A program made the position numbers and the translations under genes. A stretch of 64,000 bases of DNA from Candidatus Parcubacteria bacterium (GTDB lineage Bacteria; Patescibacteriota; Minisyncoccia; Phycocordibacterales; UBA2100): the NCBI GenBank assembly GCA_003599295.1, contig QZJK01000006.1:14681-78680 (forward strand). Direction: 5' to 3'. Positions 41,134 to 51,259 of the stretch are shown piece after piece (within the stretch, counting starts at the first letter, position 1; every line of letters starts with the position of its first letter). The notes beneath the pieces are model-generated. The model was not told the origin of the DNA. It ran no database searches and saw nothing but the letters and a program-made list of their open reading frames with translations.

Positions 41134-41174
41134 GAGTTTTTGCATAGTTAGATAGCAGGCGACGCCGCAGGTAG

Positions 41175-41390
41175 TTATCCGCGGCGCCGTTTCTTGACGA
41201 CCTTTTTCTGCGTGATGGGCGGGAACCAGAAATTAAAAGTTATCGCCCATGCGCAGAACGTGGCGCGTCCGACGCCGAACTGATCGAGAAAGTCCTCCGC
41301 TCGGGGTTGAGTAATTCGCCACATCCAAAACGGGTCAAACACCCCATTCGGCTTTGATATGCCGAACGGGTCGTACAAATTCGTGTGCAT
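41175..41390 (-). CDS. Small orphan protein (71 aa)
   Basis: Strong AGGAGGTG SD; repeated DPFG/DPFW/DQFG and a basic tail. Confidence 0.5.
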   Translation of the reverse strand: MHTNLYDPFGISKPNGVFDPFWMWRITQPRAEDFLDQFGVGRATFCAWAITFNFWFPPITQKKVVKKRRRG

Positions 41391-41483
41391 GATGATACAC
41401 CTCCTGCACGTGAGCCTAGCATGGAAAGTAGAACATTTTTCAGGACGTTGACAGAATAGAAAATGTGCTATGATTGACGGCAT

Positions 41484-42434
41484 ATGGACAAACCTAAAGT
41501 AACCCCGAAGGATTTCTTCCTCTGGGCGGGCGCGATGATAGCTCTCTACGGGAGCGTTATTTCATTTTTAACGCTTCTCTTTCAGTACATTAATTACGCG
41601 TATCCCGACCCGCTCGCGTATTACTATGTCGAGCCATATTCAGGCGGCATGCGCTTCGCAATGGCAACGCTCATCGTTCTTGTGCCGGTCACTATCCTTC
41701 TGATGCGCTTCATCAGGAACGATATCGCCCGTGATGCGATGAAGAGCGAGCTGTGGGTGCGCCGCTGGGCGCTGGTGCTTACGGTCTTTTTCGCAGGCTT
41801 CACGGTCGTCGGAGACCTCATCGCGCTCGTAAACGGCTTCCTCGGAGGCGATCTTACGACCCGGTTCACTCTCAAAGTGCTTGTCGTACTATTCGTCGCC
41901 GGCGGCGTGTTCCTTCATTTCCTTGCAGATTTGCGGGGTTATTGGACGGCAAACCCGTCTCGAGCAAAAACAGTCGGTCTCGGTACCGGCGCCTTGGTCC
42001 TTGTCGCCATAATCTCCGGGTTCTTCATTATGGGAACACCGGGAGAAGTGCGGCTCCTGCGCTTTGACGACCAGAAGGTAAGCGACCTTCAGAATATTCA
42101 GTGGCAAATAGTGAATTACTGGCAGCAAAAAGAGGCATTGCCGGCTACGATTGAGGAGCTCAAGGACCCGCTTGGCGGTTTCATACCGCCCGTTGATTCG
42201 CAGACAGGGGAGCCGTACGAATATAGGAAGACAGGAACGATGTCATTTGAATTGTGCGCGACCTTTAACGCTGAAAGCAATAAGACTGGTTCGCAAGTAT
42301 CGCGGCCGTATCCGGAATACGGCGTTGAAGCAGAGAACTGGCAACATCCGGCAGGCGAGCATTGCTTTGAACGCACGATAGACCCCGACCGCTATCCTCC
42401 CTATACTAAAACAGTGCCTGCTGCGATACGCTAG
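41484..42434 (+). CDS. DUF5671-like membrane protein
   Basis: TPKDFFL, several TMs, GTPG..R..RFDDQKVSDL, YEY..FELCATF. Confidence 0.75.
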   Translation: MDKPKVTPKDFFLWAGAMIALYGSVISFLTLLFQYINYAYPDPLAYYYVEPYSGGMRFAMATLIVLVPVTILLMRFIRNDIARDAMKSELWVRRWALVLTVFFAGFTVVGDLIALVNGFLGGDLTTRFTLKVLVVLFVAGGVFLHFLADLRGYWTANPSRAKTVGLGTGALVLVAIISGFFIMGTPGEVRLLRFDDQKVSDLQNIQWQIVNYWQQKEALPATIEELKDPLGGFIPPVDSQTGEPYEYRKTGTMSFELCATFNAESNKTGSQVSRPYPEYGVEAENWQHPAGEHCFERTIDPDRYPPYTKTVPAAIR

Positions 42435-42440
42435 GGCCTC

Positions 42441-43340
42441 ATGATCCTCGACCGATTTTTCGGACGAAAGGAAAGACGATCAGTTTTTGAGGGCAAAACG
42501 CCGGAGCAGATAAAAGAAGAATGGCGCGGTCTCGTGCCTGAACCGGACGATATCCGGCGCGATCGTTTAGCGCGAGAAGAGTTAAAGAAGAGTCAAATAG
42601 AGCGTGAAAAAGAGCGTGCCGAATGGATCGTAGAGGATCTTCGTCAACCGGTCGAGAACATTCTCATTGAACTTCTCCCCGACATAGAGTCTGGTGCGTA
42701 CAGTACCATCATCGGCGATGATGCGTCCGGCAGAGTACCGACTATCATTTTGGCGCATGTAATAAAGTCCATTTATGAACTAAAAGGTCACCAGCCGCCC
42801 GTCGTACGGTTTTTGGCCGGAAGCACGGGTCTACTCAAAGATCAAAAAAGTGAAGATGTCGCTGATATCGCTGTTGAAAAAGCGAAGAGCCTCGCAGAAC
42901 AGGTGAAGAAGATCCAAGACACTGTTCGCAAGCACTCTGAACCGAAGAAAGTCCTTATTGTTACAGATATTATAGATACAGGCGAAAGCATACAAACATT
43001 GTTATCGGCATTAAAAAGAAACGACTGGGATGCAGACGTGGCGACCATCGGAACGACGGATGAGGCAAAACTGCAGGAATTAAGCGACCTTTGGGGCACA
43101 CGCATCGTCCGCGGACGATGGACGGGTGCGATGATATATCAGGACAAGGCGTTAACCGGCGTGCAGAAAAAGAAAGGTGATCTCTTCGCTACTCCACACC
43201 CCGAAGCTGATCCTGACCGGGTCCGACATGGGCGTGACGTAGCACGGCAGATCGCTCGCGAACTATTCGACAAATACAAAACGAAAGACCTAGATATGCA
43301 CTTCGAGCATGGAACGGGCATCACGTATTCTCCCAGGTAA
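42441..43340 (+). CDS. Phosphoribosyltransferase-fold protein
   Basis: IIGDDASGRVP and KVLIVTDIIDTGESI (PRPP-loop-like). Confidence 0.65.
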   Translation: MILDRFFGRKERRSVFEGKTPEQIKEEWRGLVPEPDDIRRDRLAREELKKSQIEREKERAEWIVEDLRQPVENILIELLPDIESGAYSTIIGDDASGRVPTIILAHVIKSIYELKGHQPPVVRFLAGSTGLLKDQKSEDVADIAVEKAKSLAEQVKKIQDTVRKHSEPKKVLIVTDIIDTGESIQTLLSALKRNDWDADVATIGTTDEAKLQELSDLWGTRIVRGRWTGAMIYQDKALTGVQKKKGDLFATPHPEADPDRVRHGRDVARQIARELFDKYKTKDLDMHFEHGTGITYSPR

Positions 43341-43355
43341 TTTTTACGCTTTCTG

Positions 43356-43604
43356 TTATAGGGATTTTTGGTTGAGACGATATCGCTGAGCGGCGAGGAT
43401 TCCCCACAATCCCGCATTCACGACGGCCATCGTAACAGCGAGCCAGAGATGAAGCGAGGCGAACACGAATGCCATTGTCGAAATACAGCCCGCAGTCATG
43501 AGGGCAGTGGAGAGGGTCGGTTTCTGTGTAGGGTGCAGGATGGTTGGGACGACAGAGAACGCGAATACGATTTGAACGCCGAGAATGACGAAATCTTGCC
43601 ACAT
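43356..43604 (-). CDS. Small 3-TM membrane protein (SemiSWEET-like)
   Basis: WQD, LP/VPT motif, three hydrophobic helices. Confidence 0.65.
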   Translation of the reverse strand: MWQDFVILGVQIVFAFSVVPTILHPTQKPTLSTALMTAGCISTMAFVFASLHLWLAVTMAVVNAGLWGILAAQRYRLNQKSL

Positions 43605-43644
43605 CTGGATAGTATAGCGTATTCAGTATAAAGTATGACGTATT

Positions 43645-46600
43645 ATGCGGAAATACGACCACCGGAAGATAGAGAAAAAATGGCAGGCTGATTGGGGCAA
43701 GAAAAAGCTCTACGAGACCCGGGACAGCGTGAAGGGGAGAGACAATTTTTACCTCCTTGTCGAGTTCCCGTATCCGTCTGGAAATCTCCATGTCGGACAC
43801 TGGTACGCCTTTTCTGTGCCGGACATTTTGGCGCGCATGCTCCGGATGCAGGGGAAGAACGTGCTCTTTCCCGTGGGGTTCGACGCATTCGGGCTTCCGG
43901 CCGAGAACGCCGCCATCAAGAACAAACTGAACCCGAGAAAGTGGACTTTCGGCAACATCGCCTACATGCGGAAGCAGATGCACTCGATGGGCACGTCATT
44001 CGATTGGTCGCGCGAGGTCATCACGTGCGACCCCGCGTACTATAGGTGGACTCAGTGGCAATTCCTGCAGTTCTTGAAGAAGGGATTAGCGTACCGAAAA
44101 GAAACGGCAGTGAATTGGTGTCCTTCATGCAAAACCGTCTTGGCGAATGAGCAGGTCGTGGACGGACGGTGCGAGCGCTGCAAGACAGAAGTCGTGCAAA
44201 AAGAGATGTTGCAGTGGAACATGAAGATAACCGACTACGCGGATAGGCTCGTCGATGACCTCGAACCTCTCGATTGGCCGGAACAGATAAAGGAATCTCA
44301 AAAGAATTGGATAGGACGCTCGGAAGGCGCGGAAATTGATTTTCCGCTTGCTATCGGCGGCATTAAACGATTTGTGCTGTTGCATGGACGAGAGGGCTCT
44401 CCGGAAAAAGGGTTCTTTCCATGGCTCAAAATCGAACTAGAGAAGCGCGGATATGAAGTACAAGTACCCACACTGCCAAATACCGAAGAGCCGAACGACG
44501 AAGCGCAGGCGGATTACGTGCAAGAACACTGTACTCTGGATGAAGATACGGTTGTTATAGGTCATTCTTTCGGAGGCGTCGTCGCATTGCGTTTACTCGA
44601 ACGTGGCAAGAAGGTACAGCGTGTTTCGCTGGTTTCTACGCCGTACTCAGGGACGTACCTGGATTCTAAAAAGCGCGCGAGTGTGACCGAGGCATGCAAA
44701 AAAGGATTTGATTTCGGAAAAATAAAGAGGAATGCGCAGTCTTTCATTGTATTACCCGATAGTACGGATCTCGTCGTACCATCATCGGACGCGGAGCATC
44801 TTGCGAAGGGACTCAATGGTTTGTTATTGAAAGGCGTTGGGACGAAACCGCACTTTGGAGGTTCTCGAGAGCCCGACGTACTTATGGCGAGTATTCCGGT
44901 TATCCGCGTTTTTACCACGCGCCCCGATACGCTCTTTGGTGCGACATACTTGGTGCTCGCTCCGGAACATCCGTGGGTCACGCTTGCGCTCGATGAAAAG
45001 CACGATGTTCTTGAGAACAAAGAAGAGGTGCAGAGGTATGTAAGGGAAGCGCGCAAGAAAACGGAACTTGAGCGGCAGACAGAGCAGAAGGAAAAGACAG
45101 GGGTTCCGTTGAAAGGCGTAAAAGCGATTAACCCCGGTACGGGGCTCCAGATACCGATATACGTTGCCGATTACGTGCTGGGAGGATACGGTACAGGCGC
45201 AATCATGGCCGTGCCTGCGCATGACGAGCGCGATTATGCGTTTGCGAAAAAGTTCAACTTGCCGATACAAGAAGTTATCGAGCCTATATTCATCAGAACG
45301 GCCGGACCGGACGCCCTTCGCCACGAAGGGCCAGTTCTGGACAGGCCCGCCATTAATGCCGTGATACGGCGACCGTCAGACGGAAAGTATCTTGCTCAGA
45401 CGTACAAACCTACCATCACGCAGGGATTCGTGTCGGGGGGTATCGAAGATAACGAAGCACCTATTGAAGCCGCGATCCGGGAGGTTCGGGAAGAAACAGG
45501 CTATGCGGACATTTCATATGTGAAGCACATCGGCGGCGTCGTTCATAGCAAGTATTACAGCCCGCAGAGAGGGACGAACATTTTCGCGCACTTCACACCG
45601 CTCCTTTTTGAGCTGAAGAGCGACCGTCGCGTCGAAATGGTTTCTGAGGAAAGGGCGATGCACAGTACGCAATGGTTGGATGCCGACGAACTGACCGCAT
45701 ACATTAATCGTGAGGATTTCAGGTTTGTTTGGCAGCGCGTTCAAAAAGAGACGACGTACTATACCGGAGAGGGGATACTCGCGAATTCCGGGGAATTTTC
45801 TGGCATGGGAAGCGAGGCTGCGCGAAAGAGTATCGCTGAGAAATTCGGGCGCTTGAAGAAAACCTATAAAATGCGTGATTGGGTGGTTTCTCGCCAGCGC
45901 TACTGGGGAGTTCCGATACCCGTCATCCACTGTCCGAAATGCGGCGCGGTACCGGTGCCCGATAAGGACCTGCCGGTCAAACTGCCGGAGGTGAAAGATT
46001 ATCTCCCTGACGGCCGCGGCAAATCACCGCTCGCGAAGGCCACGAAATGGGTCTCGGTAAAATGCCCGAACTGCAAAGGGAAAGCCGAGCGGGAAACGGA
46101 TACACTCGACACATTCGTGGATTCTTCGTGGTACTACCTCCGCTACACCGACTCGAAGAACACAAAGAAATTCGCCGACCCCAAGAATCAAGCGAAGTGG
46201 ATGCCGGTGAACCTCTATTCAGGCGGAGCCGAACACACGACGATGCACGTCTTGTACTCCCGTTTCTGGCAGAAAGCTCTCTACGACATGAAGCTCGTGA
46301 AGGACAAAGAGCCATACACGCGCCGCATGAACAGAAGTCTCATTCTGGGGCCCGACGGTCAAAAGATGTCGAAATCGCGGGGAAATGTCATTGATCCGGA
46401 TGAGGTCGTCGCGCGGCTCGGCGCCGACACCGTGCGCATGTACCTCGCGTTCATCGGACCGTATAACGAAGTGTCGAACTATCCGTGGAATCCTGACGGC
46501 GTCGCCGGCGTCCGTCGGTTCCTTGAGCGCGTGTGGAATGTGCAGGAGCAATCCAAGACGGCGGGCAAGGACGTTAAAGAACTTGAGCCGCTTCTCCATA

Positions 46601-47037
46601 AAACGATAAAGAAAGTGGGAGAAGACATCGCGGCACAGAAATTCAATACTGCCTTGAGTCAGCTGATGATATTCCTGAATGCCGTGGAAAAAGCGCGCTC
46701 GATAGGCGTGAAGCAGTGGGGGACATTCCTGCGTCTTCTCGCTCCGTTCGCGCCGCATATGGCAGAAGAACTCTGGCACGAGCTGGGGAACAAAAAATCC
46801 GTGCACATGGAGAAGTGGCCGCTTTTTGACCCAGCGCTACTTCAAGAGGATACGGTGCGTATCGCCGTGCAGATAAATGGAAAAACACGCGGAGAAACGG
46901 AAGTACCGACGGGAGCCGACAAAGCCGTACAAGAAAAGGCGGCGCGCGAAGCGGTCGCAGTGCGCCTAGAAGGGAAGAGTGTCGTTCGCACTATTGTAGT
47001 GCCGAATCGTCTCGTCAATTTCGTTCTTAAAGTTTAG
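43645..47037 (+). CDS. leuS: Leucine--tRNA ligase with inserted alpha/beta-hydrolase and Nudix domains
   Basis: PYPSG.LHVGH, TTRPDTLFG, GTGAIMAVPAHD, SRQRYWG, KMSKS; inserts with GHSFGG and a Nudix box. Confidence 0.96.
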   Translation: MRKYDHRKIEKKWQADWGKKKLYETRDSVKGRDNFYLLVEFPYPSGNLHVGHWYAFSVPDILARMLRMQGKNVLFPVGFDAFGLPAENAAIKNKLNPRKWTFGNIAYMRKQMHSMGTSFDWSREVITCDPAYYRWTQWQFLQFLKKGLAYRKETAVNWCPSCKTVLANEQVVDGRCERCKTEVVQKEMLQWNMKITDYADRLVDDLEPLDWPEQIKESQKNWIGRSEGAEIDFPLAIGGIKRFVLLHGREGSPEKGFFPWLKIELEKRGYEVQVPTLPNTEEPNDEAQADYVQEHCTLDEDTVVIGHSFGGVVALRLLERGKKVQRVSLVSTPYSGTYLDSKKRASVTEACKKGFDFGKIKRNAQSFIVLPDSTDLVVPSSDAEHLAKGLNGLLLKGVGTKPHFGGSREPDVLMASIPVIRVFTTRPDTLFGATYLVLAPEHPWVTLALDEKHDVLENKEEVQRYVREARKKTELERQTEQKEKTGVPLKGVKAINPGTGLQIPIYVADYVLGGYGTGAIMAVPAHDERDYAFAKKFNLPIQEVIEPIFIRTAGPDALRHEGPVLDRPAINAVIRRPSDGKYLAQTYKPTITQGFVSGGIEDNEAPIEAAIREVREETGYADISYVKHIGGVVHSKYYSPQRGTNIFAHFTPLLFELKSDRRVEMVSEERAMHSTQWLDADELTAYINREDFRFVWQRVQKETTYYTGEGILANSGEFSGMGSEAARKSIAEKFGRLKKTYKMRDWVVSRQRYWGVPIPVIHCPKCGAVPVPDKDLPVKLPEVKDYLPDGRGKSPLAKATKWVSVKCPNCKGKAERETDTLDTFVDSSWYYLRYTDSKNTKKFADPKNQAKWMPVNLYSGGAEHTTMHVLYSRFWQKALYDMKLVKDKEPYTRRMNRSLILGPDGQKMSKSRGNVIDPDEVVARLGADTVRMYLAFIGPYNEVSNYPWNPDGVAGVRRFLERVWNVQEQSKTAGKDVKELEPLLHKTIKKVGEDIAAQKFNTALSQLMIFLNAVEKARSIGVKQWGTFLRLLAPFAPHMAEELWHELGNKKSVHMEKWPLFDPALLQEDTVRIAVQINGKTRGETEVPTGADKAVQEKAAREAVAVRLEGKSVVRTIVVPNRLVNFVLKV

Positions 47038-48506
47038 CGCTTAGAAATACGCGTGCCGCCCGCGGTATCTTCAAGGATGTAGCCCTTCGTCTCCAGTTCG
47101 TCGCGTATCTTGTCCGCAAGCTCCCAGTTCTTCATGTTGCGCGCTTCGTCGCGTTCTTTGATGCGCGCTTGCACATCCCCCGGTGTTTTTTCTAGGGCGA
47201 TGGGCTTTCCGAAAAGCTTCGTATATATAGCTGCAGCTGTCGAGTCGGGAGCGCCAAGTCCGAGGCCGAACACGCGGTCCGCATCGAGAATGCCGGCTTT
47301 TATATCGGCGGAGGAAAGTTTCTTATCCTTCAGCATCTCCCACAAGACACTTAGAGCACCCGGCGTGTCGAGGTCATCATTCCACGCTTCGTGCATCTTT
47401 CGCAGGTATGAGGAAGGGGGAGTGCCCGGCGCAGCTTCTTCCAGGTCCACGAATCGCCGCAATTTCAGAAAGGAAGTTTGAGCACCTTCAAGCGCCTTCC
47501 AGCTGAAGTTGGTCGTGCTTCGGTAGTGCGCGGTCAGAAATAGATACCGGAGCGCAAGTGGATGGAATCCGCGTTCGACTATCTCCGAAAGGAACACCGT
47601 GTTGCCTTCCGATTTCGCTATCTTTGCGCCTTCTATTTGCAAATGCGCGCGGTGGAGCCAGAAGCGCGAGAACGGGCGCTTGCCTGTCGCTGATTCCGAT
47701 TGCGCTATCTCGTTGTTGTGGTGAACGGGAATATGCTCGATGCCACCCGTGTGAATGTCGATTTGTTCTCCCAGTGTCGAGCGTATCATCGCGGAGCATT
47801 CGATGTGCCAGCCAGGGAAGCCTTTACCCCACGGAGAATCCCAGCCCATTTTTTTGTCGAGCTTCCACAAGTTAAAATCGGTCGGATTGCGCTTCTCGGG
47901 ATTCGCCGCCACGCGTGCGCCCGCCTTTAATCCGGATAGATTTACGCCGCCAAGCTCGCCATAGGAAGGGAAGCGGGATGTGTCGAAATACACGCCGTGT
48001 TTTGTCCGGTACGCATATCCTTTTTCTTCGAGCGACTGTATCATCGCGATTTCCGCAGGGATGTGGTCGCTTGCGCGCGGGAAAAGTATTTTTGCGGTAT
48101 CAACGTTAAGCGTTCGGATGTCCTCCAAGAATTTCGATGCATATCGCTCGCCGAGCGCGCGCATATTCTCAAGATTCAGTTCAAGTCCCTCGCGCTTCAG
48201 GCCGGCAGTCATCTTATCTTCCCCCTCGTCGGCGTCTGAGACGAGATGTCCCACATCGGTGAAATTAATGACCTGCTTCACCTCGAACCCGTTGTATTCA
48301 AGGACTCGGCGCAATATATCCGTAAAGACGAACATCGAAAGATTCCCGATGTGCTGTACCCCGTATACGGTCGGCCCGCAGTTGTACATGCGTACCGTCC
48401 GTGCCCAAGAGGGAAGCGCGAACACCTCTTTAGATTTCGTTCGCGTATTGTACAGGTACAATGTCCTGCCGTCCTTCGAGCCGAAGAGTCGTTGCCACAA
48501 TCCCAT
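47034..48506 (-). CDS. cysS: Cysteine--tRNA ligase
   Basis: CGPTVY..HIGN, PGWHIECSAM, HHNNEIAQ, KIAKS. Confidence 0.96.
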   Translation of the reverse strand: MGLWQRLFGSKDGRTLYLYNTRTKSKEVFALPSWARTVRMYNCGPTVYGVQHIGNLSMFVFTDILRRVLEYNGFEVKQVINFTDVGHLVSDADEGEDKMTAGLKREGLELNLENMRALGERYASKFLEDIRTLNVDTAKILFPRASDHIPAEIAMIQSLEEKGYAYRTKHGVYFDTSRFPSYGELGGVNLSGLKAGARVAANPEKRNPTDFNLWKLDKKMGWDSPWGKGFPGWHIECSAMIRSTLGEQIDIHTGGIEHIPVHHNNEIAQSESATGKRPFSRFWLHRAHLQIEGAKIAKSEGNTVFLSEIVERGFHPLALRYLFLTAHYRSTTNFSWKALEGAQTSFLKLRRFVDLEEAAPGTPPSSYLRKMHEAWNDDLDTPGALSVLWEMLKDKKLSSADIKAGILDADRVFGLGLGAPDSTAAAIYTKLFGKPIALEKTPGDVQARIKERDEARNMKNWELADKIRDELETKGYILEDTAGGTRISKR

Positions 48507-48587
48507 ACCGAATTTCACCCAGAATAGCACATTACGTCCGTTCCGGCGTTAGGAACGAAAGGCCTCTTTTGCTATAATGGCCGCTTC

Positions 48588-49850
48588 ATGCGTACGCTTT
48601 TCGACCAAGAATCCGGCAGAAATCTTTCAATGCGGGCGGCTCTCGCGGGCGGCATTATTCTTGTGGCGCTTGGATTCGCGCTTGGATTCACCATGGGCGC
48701 GGGCGCGGAAGGGAAGGGTGGTCCTTTGGGCACTCTCGTGCCGCCTCCGGGGGTCGACTTTTCTCCCGTATGGAAAGCATGGTACGTCATCGACGAGAAA
48801 TTCGTTCCCGCGGCGGTTGCGACTACCACCTCGCTCGCAACTTCGACGGAAGAAACGAATCAGGAGCGCGTCTGGGGTATGGTGCAGGGGCTTGCAGAGT
48901 CTCTTGGCGACCCATACACGTATTTCTTGCCGCCTGTCGAGAACGAACAGTTCGTTGAAGATCTGAGCGGCCAATTCCAAGGTGTCGGCATGGAAATAGC
49001 GGTTCGCGATCAGATTCTTACGGTCGTGGCACCTTTGAAAGGGAGTCCCGCAGAAGCCGCCGGCATACAAAGCGGCGACCACGTATTGAAGATAGACGGC
49101 GAAGACACGCGCGGACTTGATATAACAACAGCGGTCGGAAAGATCCGGGGGGAGAAGGGAACAGTCGTGACTCTTACGATACTGCGCGACGGATGGAGTG
49201 AACCGCAGGATATCAAAGTCACTCGGGACGTCATCAGTGTACCTGCCATATCGACCACGCTTCGCTCCGACGGCGTGTTCGTCATCGAGCTTGCAAGCTT
49301 TACGGCGAACGCCCCGCAGCTCTTCCGTGAGGCGCTCCGAGAGTTCGTTGAATCAGGAAGTTCGCGTCTCGTTCTCGATCTTCGCGGGAATCCGGGAGGC
49401 TATCTTGAAGCGGCTGTCGACATGGCGAGTTGGTTCCTTCCTTCCGGTAGAGTTGTTGTGACAGAAGACTATGCAGGACACGCAGGAAGCACTGAGCATC
49501 GCTCTCGCGGCTATGACGTGTTCAACGAGAATCTGAAAATGGCCATCCTCGTCAACCGCGGCTCGGCTTCGGCGTCTGAGATCCTTGCAGGGGCACTTCG
49601 GCACTACGGCATCGCGAAGCTAGTCGGAGAGCGGACATTCGGCAAAGGCTCCGTACAAGAACTCGTTGATATCACCTCCGGTAGTGCCCTGAAGATAACC
49701 GTCGCACGTTGGCTTGACCCGAGCGGTGTGCAAATACCGCTTGACGGCATTGTGCCGGACGTCGAAGTCTCCATCACGCAGGAAAATATCGAAGCCGGAG
49801 ATGATCCTCAGCTCGAAGCTGCCGCAAAGCTGCTTCTTGGTGATGAATAA
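48588..49850 (+). CDS. S41 C-terminal processing peptidase with PDZ domain
   Basis: DPYT, PDZ, DLRGNPGG, SASASEI, TFGKGSVQ. Confidence 0.95.
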   Translation: MRTLFDQESGRNLSMRAALAGGIILVALGFALGFTMGAGAEGKGGPLGTLVPPPGVDFSPVWKAWYVIDEKFVPAAVATTTSLATSTEETNQERVWGMVQGLAESLGDPYTYFLPPVENEQFVEDLSGQFQGVGMEIAVRDQILTVVAPLKGSPAEAAGIQSGDHVLKIDGEDTRGLDITTAVGKIRGEKGTVVTLTILRDGWSEPQDIKVTRDVISVPAISTTLRSDGVFVIELASFTANAPQLFREALREFVESGSSRLVLDLRGNPGGYLEAAVDMASWFLPSGRVVVTEDYAGHAGSTEHRSRGYDVFNENLKMAILVNRGSASASEILAGALRHYGIAKLVGERTFGKGSVQELVDITSGSALKITVARWLDPSGVQIPLDGIVPDVEVSITQENIEAGDDPQLEAAAKLLLGDE

Positions 49851-49856
49851 GAAAAT

Positions 49857-50297
49857 ATGAAAGTTATTTTTCTAAAAGATGTGGGCGGGGTAGGGGTGCG
49901 GGGCGCGGTCAAAGATGTGTCGGACGGCTACGCGCAAAATTTTCTTATTGCGCGAGGTTTGGCAGAACAGGCAACGCCTGAAAAACTCGCTGCTCACGAA
50001 GCTTCAATGAAAAAGGAAATGGAGGCTCGGGATGAAGATACGAAGGCTCGCGAGGCGACCATAAAAGAATTGAATGGTTTTACGCTGAGCATACAAGCGC
50101 GGGCCACGGAGAAGGGCGGTCTCTTTAAAGCCATCGGCCCAAAAGACATCGCACGCGCGCTTTCTGATGCGGGAAAGCACGTACCGGAAGATGCGATAGC
50201 GCTTGAGAAGCCAATAAAGACCGTAGGGGAGCACGCCATTGAAATCGCGTCGGGCAGCGCCCGTTCGCGGATAACGGCCGCAGTGGCGGCCGCTTAA
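49857..50297 (+). CDS. rplI: 50S ribosomal protein L9
   Basis: [11 protein letters not shown]....[10 protein letters not shown]. Confidence 0.95.
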   Translation: MKVIFLKDVGGVGVRGAVKDVSDGYAQNFLIARGLAEQATPEKLAAHEASMKKEMEARDEDTKAREATIKELNGFTLSIQARATEKGGLFKAIGPKDIARALSDAGKHVPEDAIALEKPIKTVGEHAIEIASGSARSRITAAVAAA

Positions 50298-50566
50298 ACA
50301 ACGTCTACGACGCGGCGGGTCTTGAACCGTCCGTCAAAATTGGTCTTTCGCTTCGTGCGGAAACGAACAACGCCATTTGCCATTGCGAAGAGGGTGTAGT
50401 CTTTTCCGACCCCGATATTCCTGCCCGGGAGTATCTTCGTGCCGCGTTGGCGGACGATTATCTCACCAGGAGCGACTTTTTGGCCGTCAGCGCGCTTTAC
50501 ACCGAGGTATTTCGGATTCGAATCGCGCAGGTTTTTCGCTGTCCCGCCGGCTTTCGTTGTTGCCAT
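50294..50566 (-). CDS. rpmA: 50S ribosomal protein L27
   Basis: [25 protein letters not shown]. Confidence 0.96.
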   Translation of the reverse strand: MATTKAGGTAKNLRDSNPKYLGVKRADGQKVAPGEIIVRQRGTKILPGRNIGVGKDYTLFAMANGVVRFRTKRKTNFDGRFKTRRVVDVV

Positions 50567-50652
50567 AAGAACCACAGAATACACGACATCTGCCGCAAAA
50601 TCAAGAGGCGGCAAACTTTCGTACTTTATACTTCATACTTTATACTACCTGT

Positions 50653-51243
50653 ATGCTAGTCGTTGACGTAGAGGCCTCAGGAACAGAGCCAAAAAAGCAC
50701 TCCATCGTGTCAGTGGGGGCGCTTGACCTCGCGAACCCCTCGAACCGGTTTTACGGAGAGTGTCGCGTCTGGGATGGCGCTCACATCATGGACGAGGCCC
50801 TTGAAGTGAACGGTTTTACAAAAGAAGAGATAACGGACCCTAAAAAACAGAGCGAGGCCGACCTCATTCATGCCTTTCTACAGTGGAGCGAGGGGCTGGA
50901 GGAGAGGACGCTTGCGGGGCAGAACGTGTCGTTCGACCGCGATTTCTTGAAAGCTGCCGCCGAACGCGCGGGGCACACCGATTGGCAATTCGCGTACAGG
51001 ACCATTGATACGCACACGCTAGCTTACATGCACATGGTGACGCACGGCACTCAGCCGCCCGTCGCGCATCGCCGTTCCGCGCTCGACTTGGACGCAGTTC
51101 TCAATTATGTCGGTATTCCCGCGGAGCCGACGCCGCACAACGCGCTTACGGGAGCGCTTTCGCACGCGGAATGCATCTCGCGTCTCCTCTACGGGCGAAA
51201 ATTACTCCCCGAATTCAAGGAGTTTGAGATCCCGCGCCGTTAG
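50653..51243 (+). CDS. DEDDh 3'-5' exonuclease
   Basis: DVEASG, QNVSFD, IDT, HNAL; last acidic position reads G. Confidence 0.85.
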   Translation: MLVVDVEASGTEPKKHSIVSVGALDLANPSNRFYGECRVWDGAHIMDEALEVNGFTKEEITDPKKQSEADLIHAFLQWSEGLEERTLAGQNVSFDRDFLKAAAERAGHTDWQFAYRTIDTHTLAYMHMVTHGTQPPVAHRRSALDLDAVLNYVGIPAEPTPHNALTGALSHAECISRLLYGRKLLPEFKEFEIPRR

Positions 51244-51259
51244 GGCATACTGAAGATAT

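Noticed and set aside
44350-45757. Inteins or introns in leuS
   Set aside because: No Cys/Ser start or HN end motifs, the frame is continuous, and the inserts are recognisable hydrolase folds.
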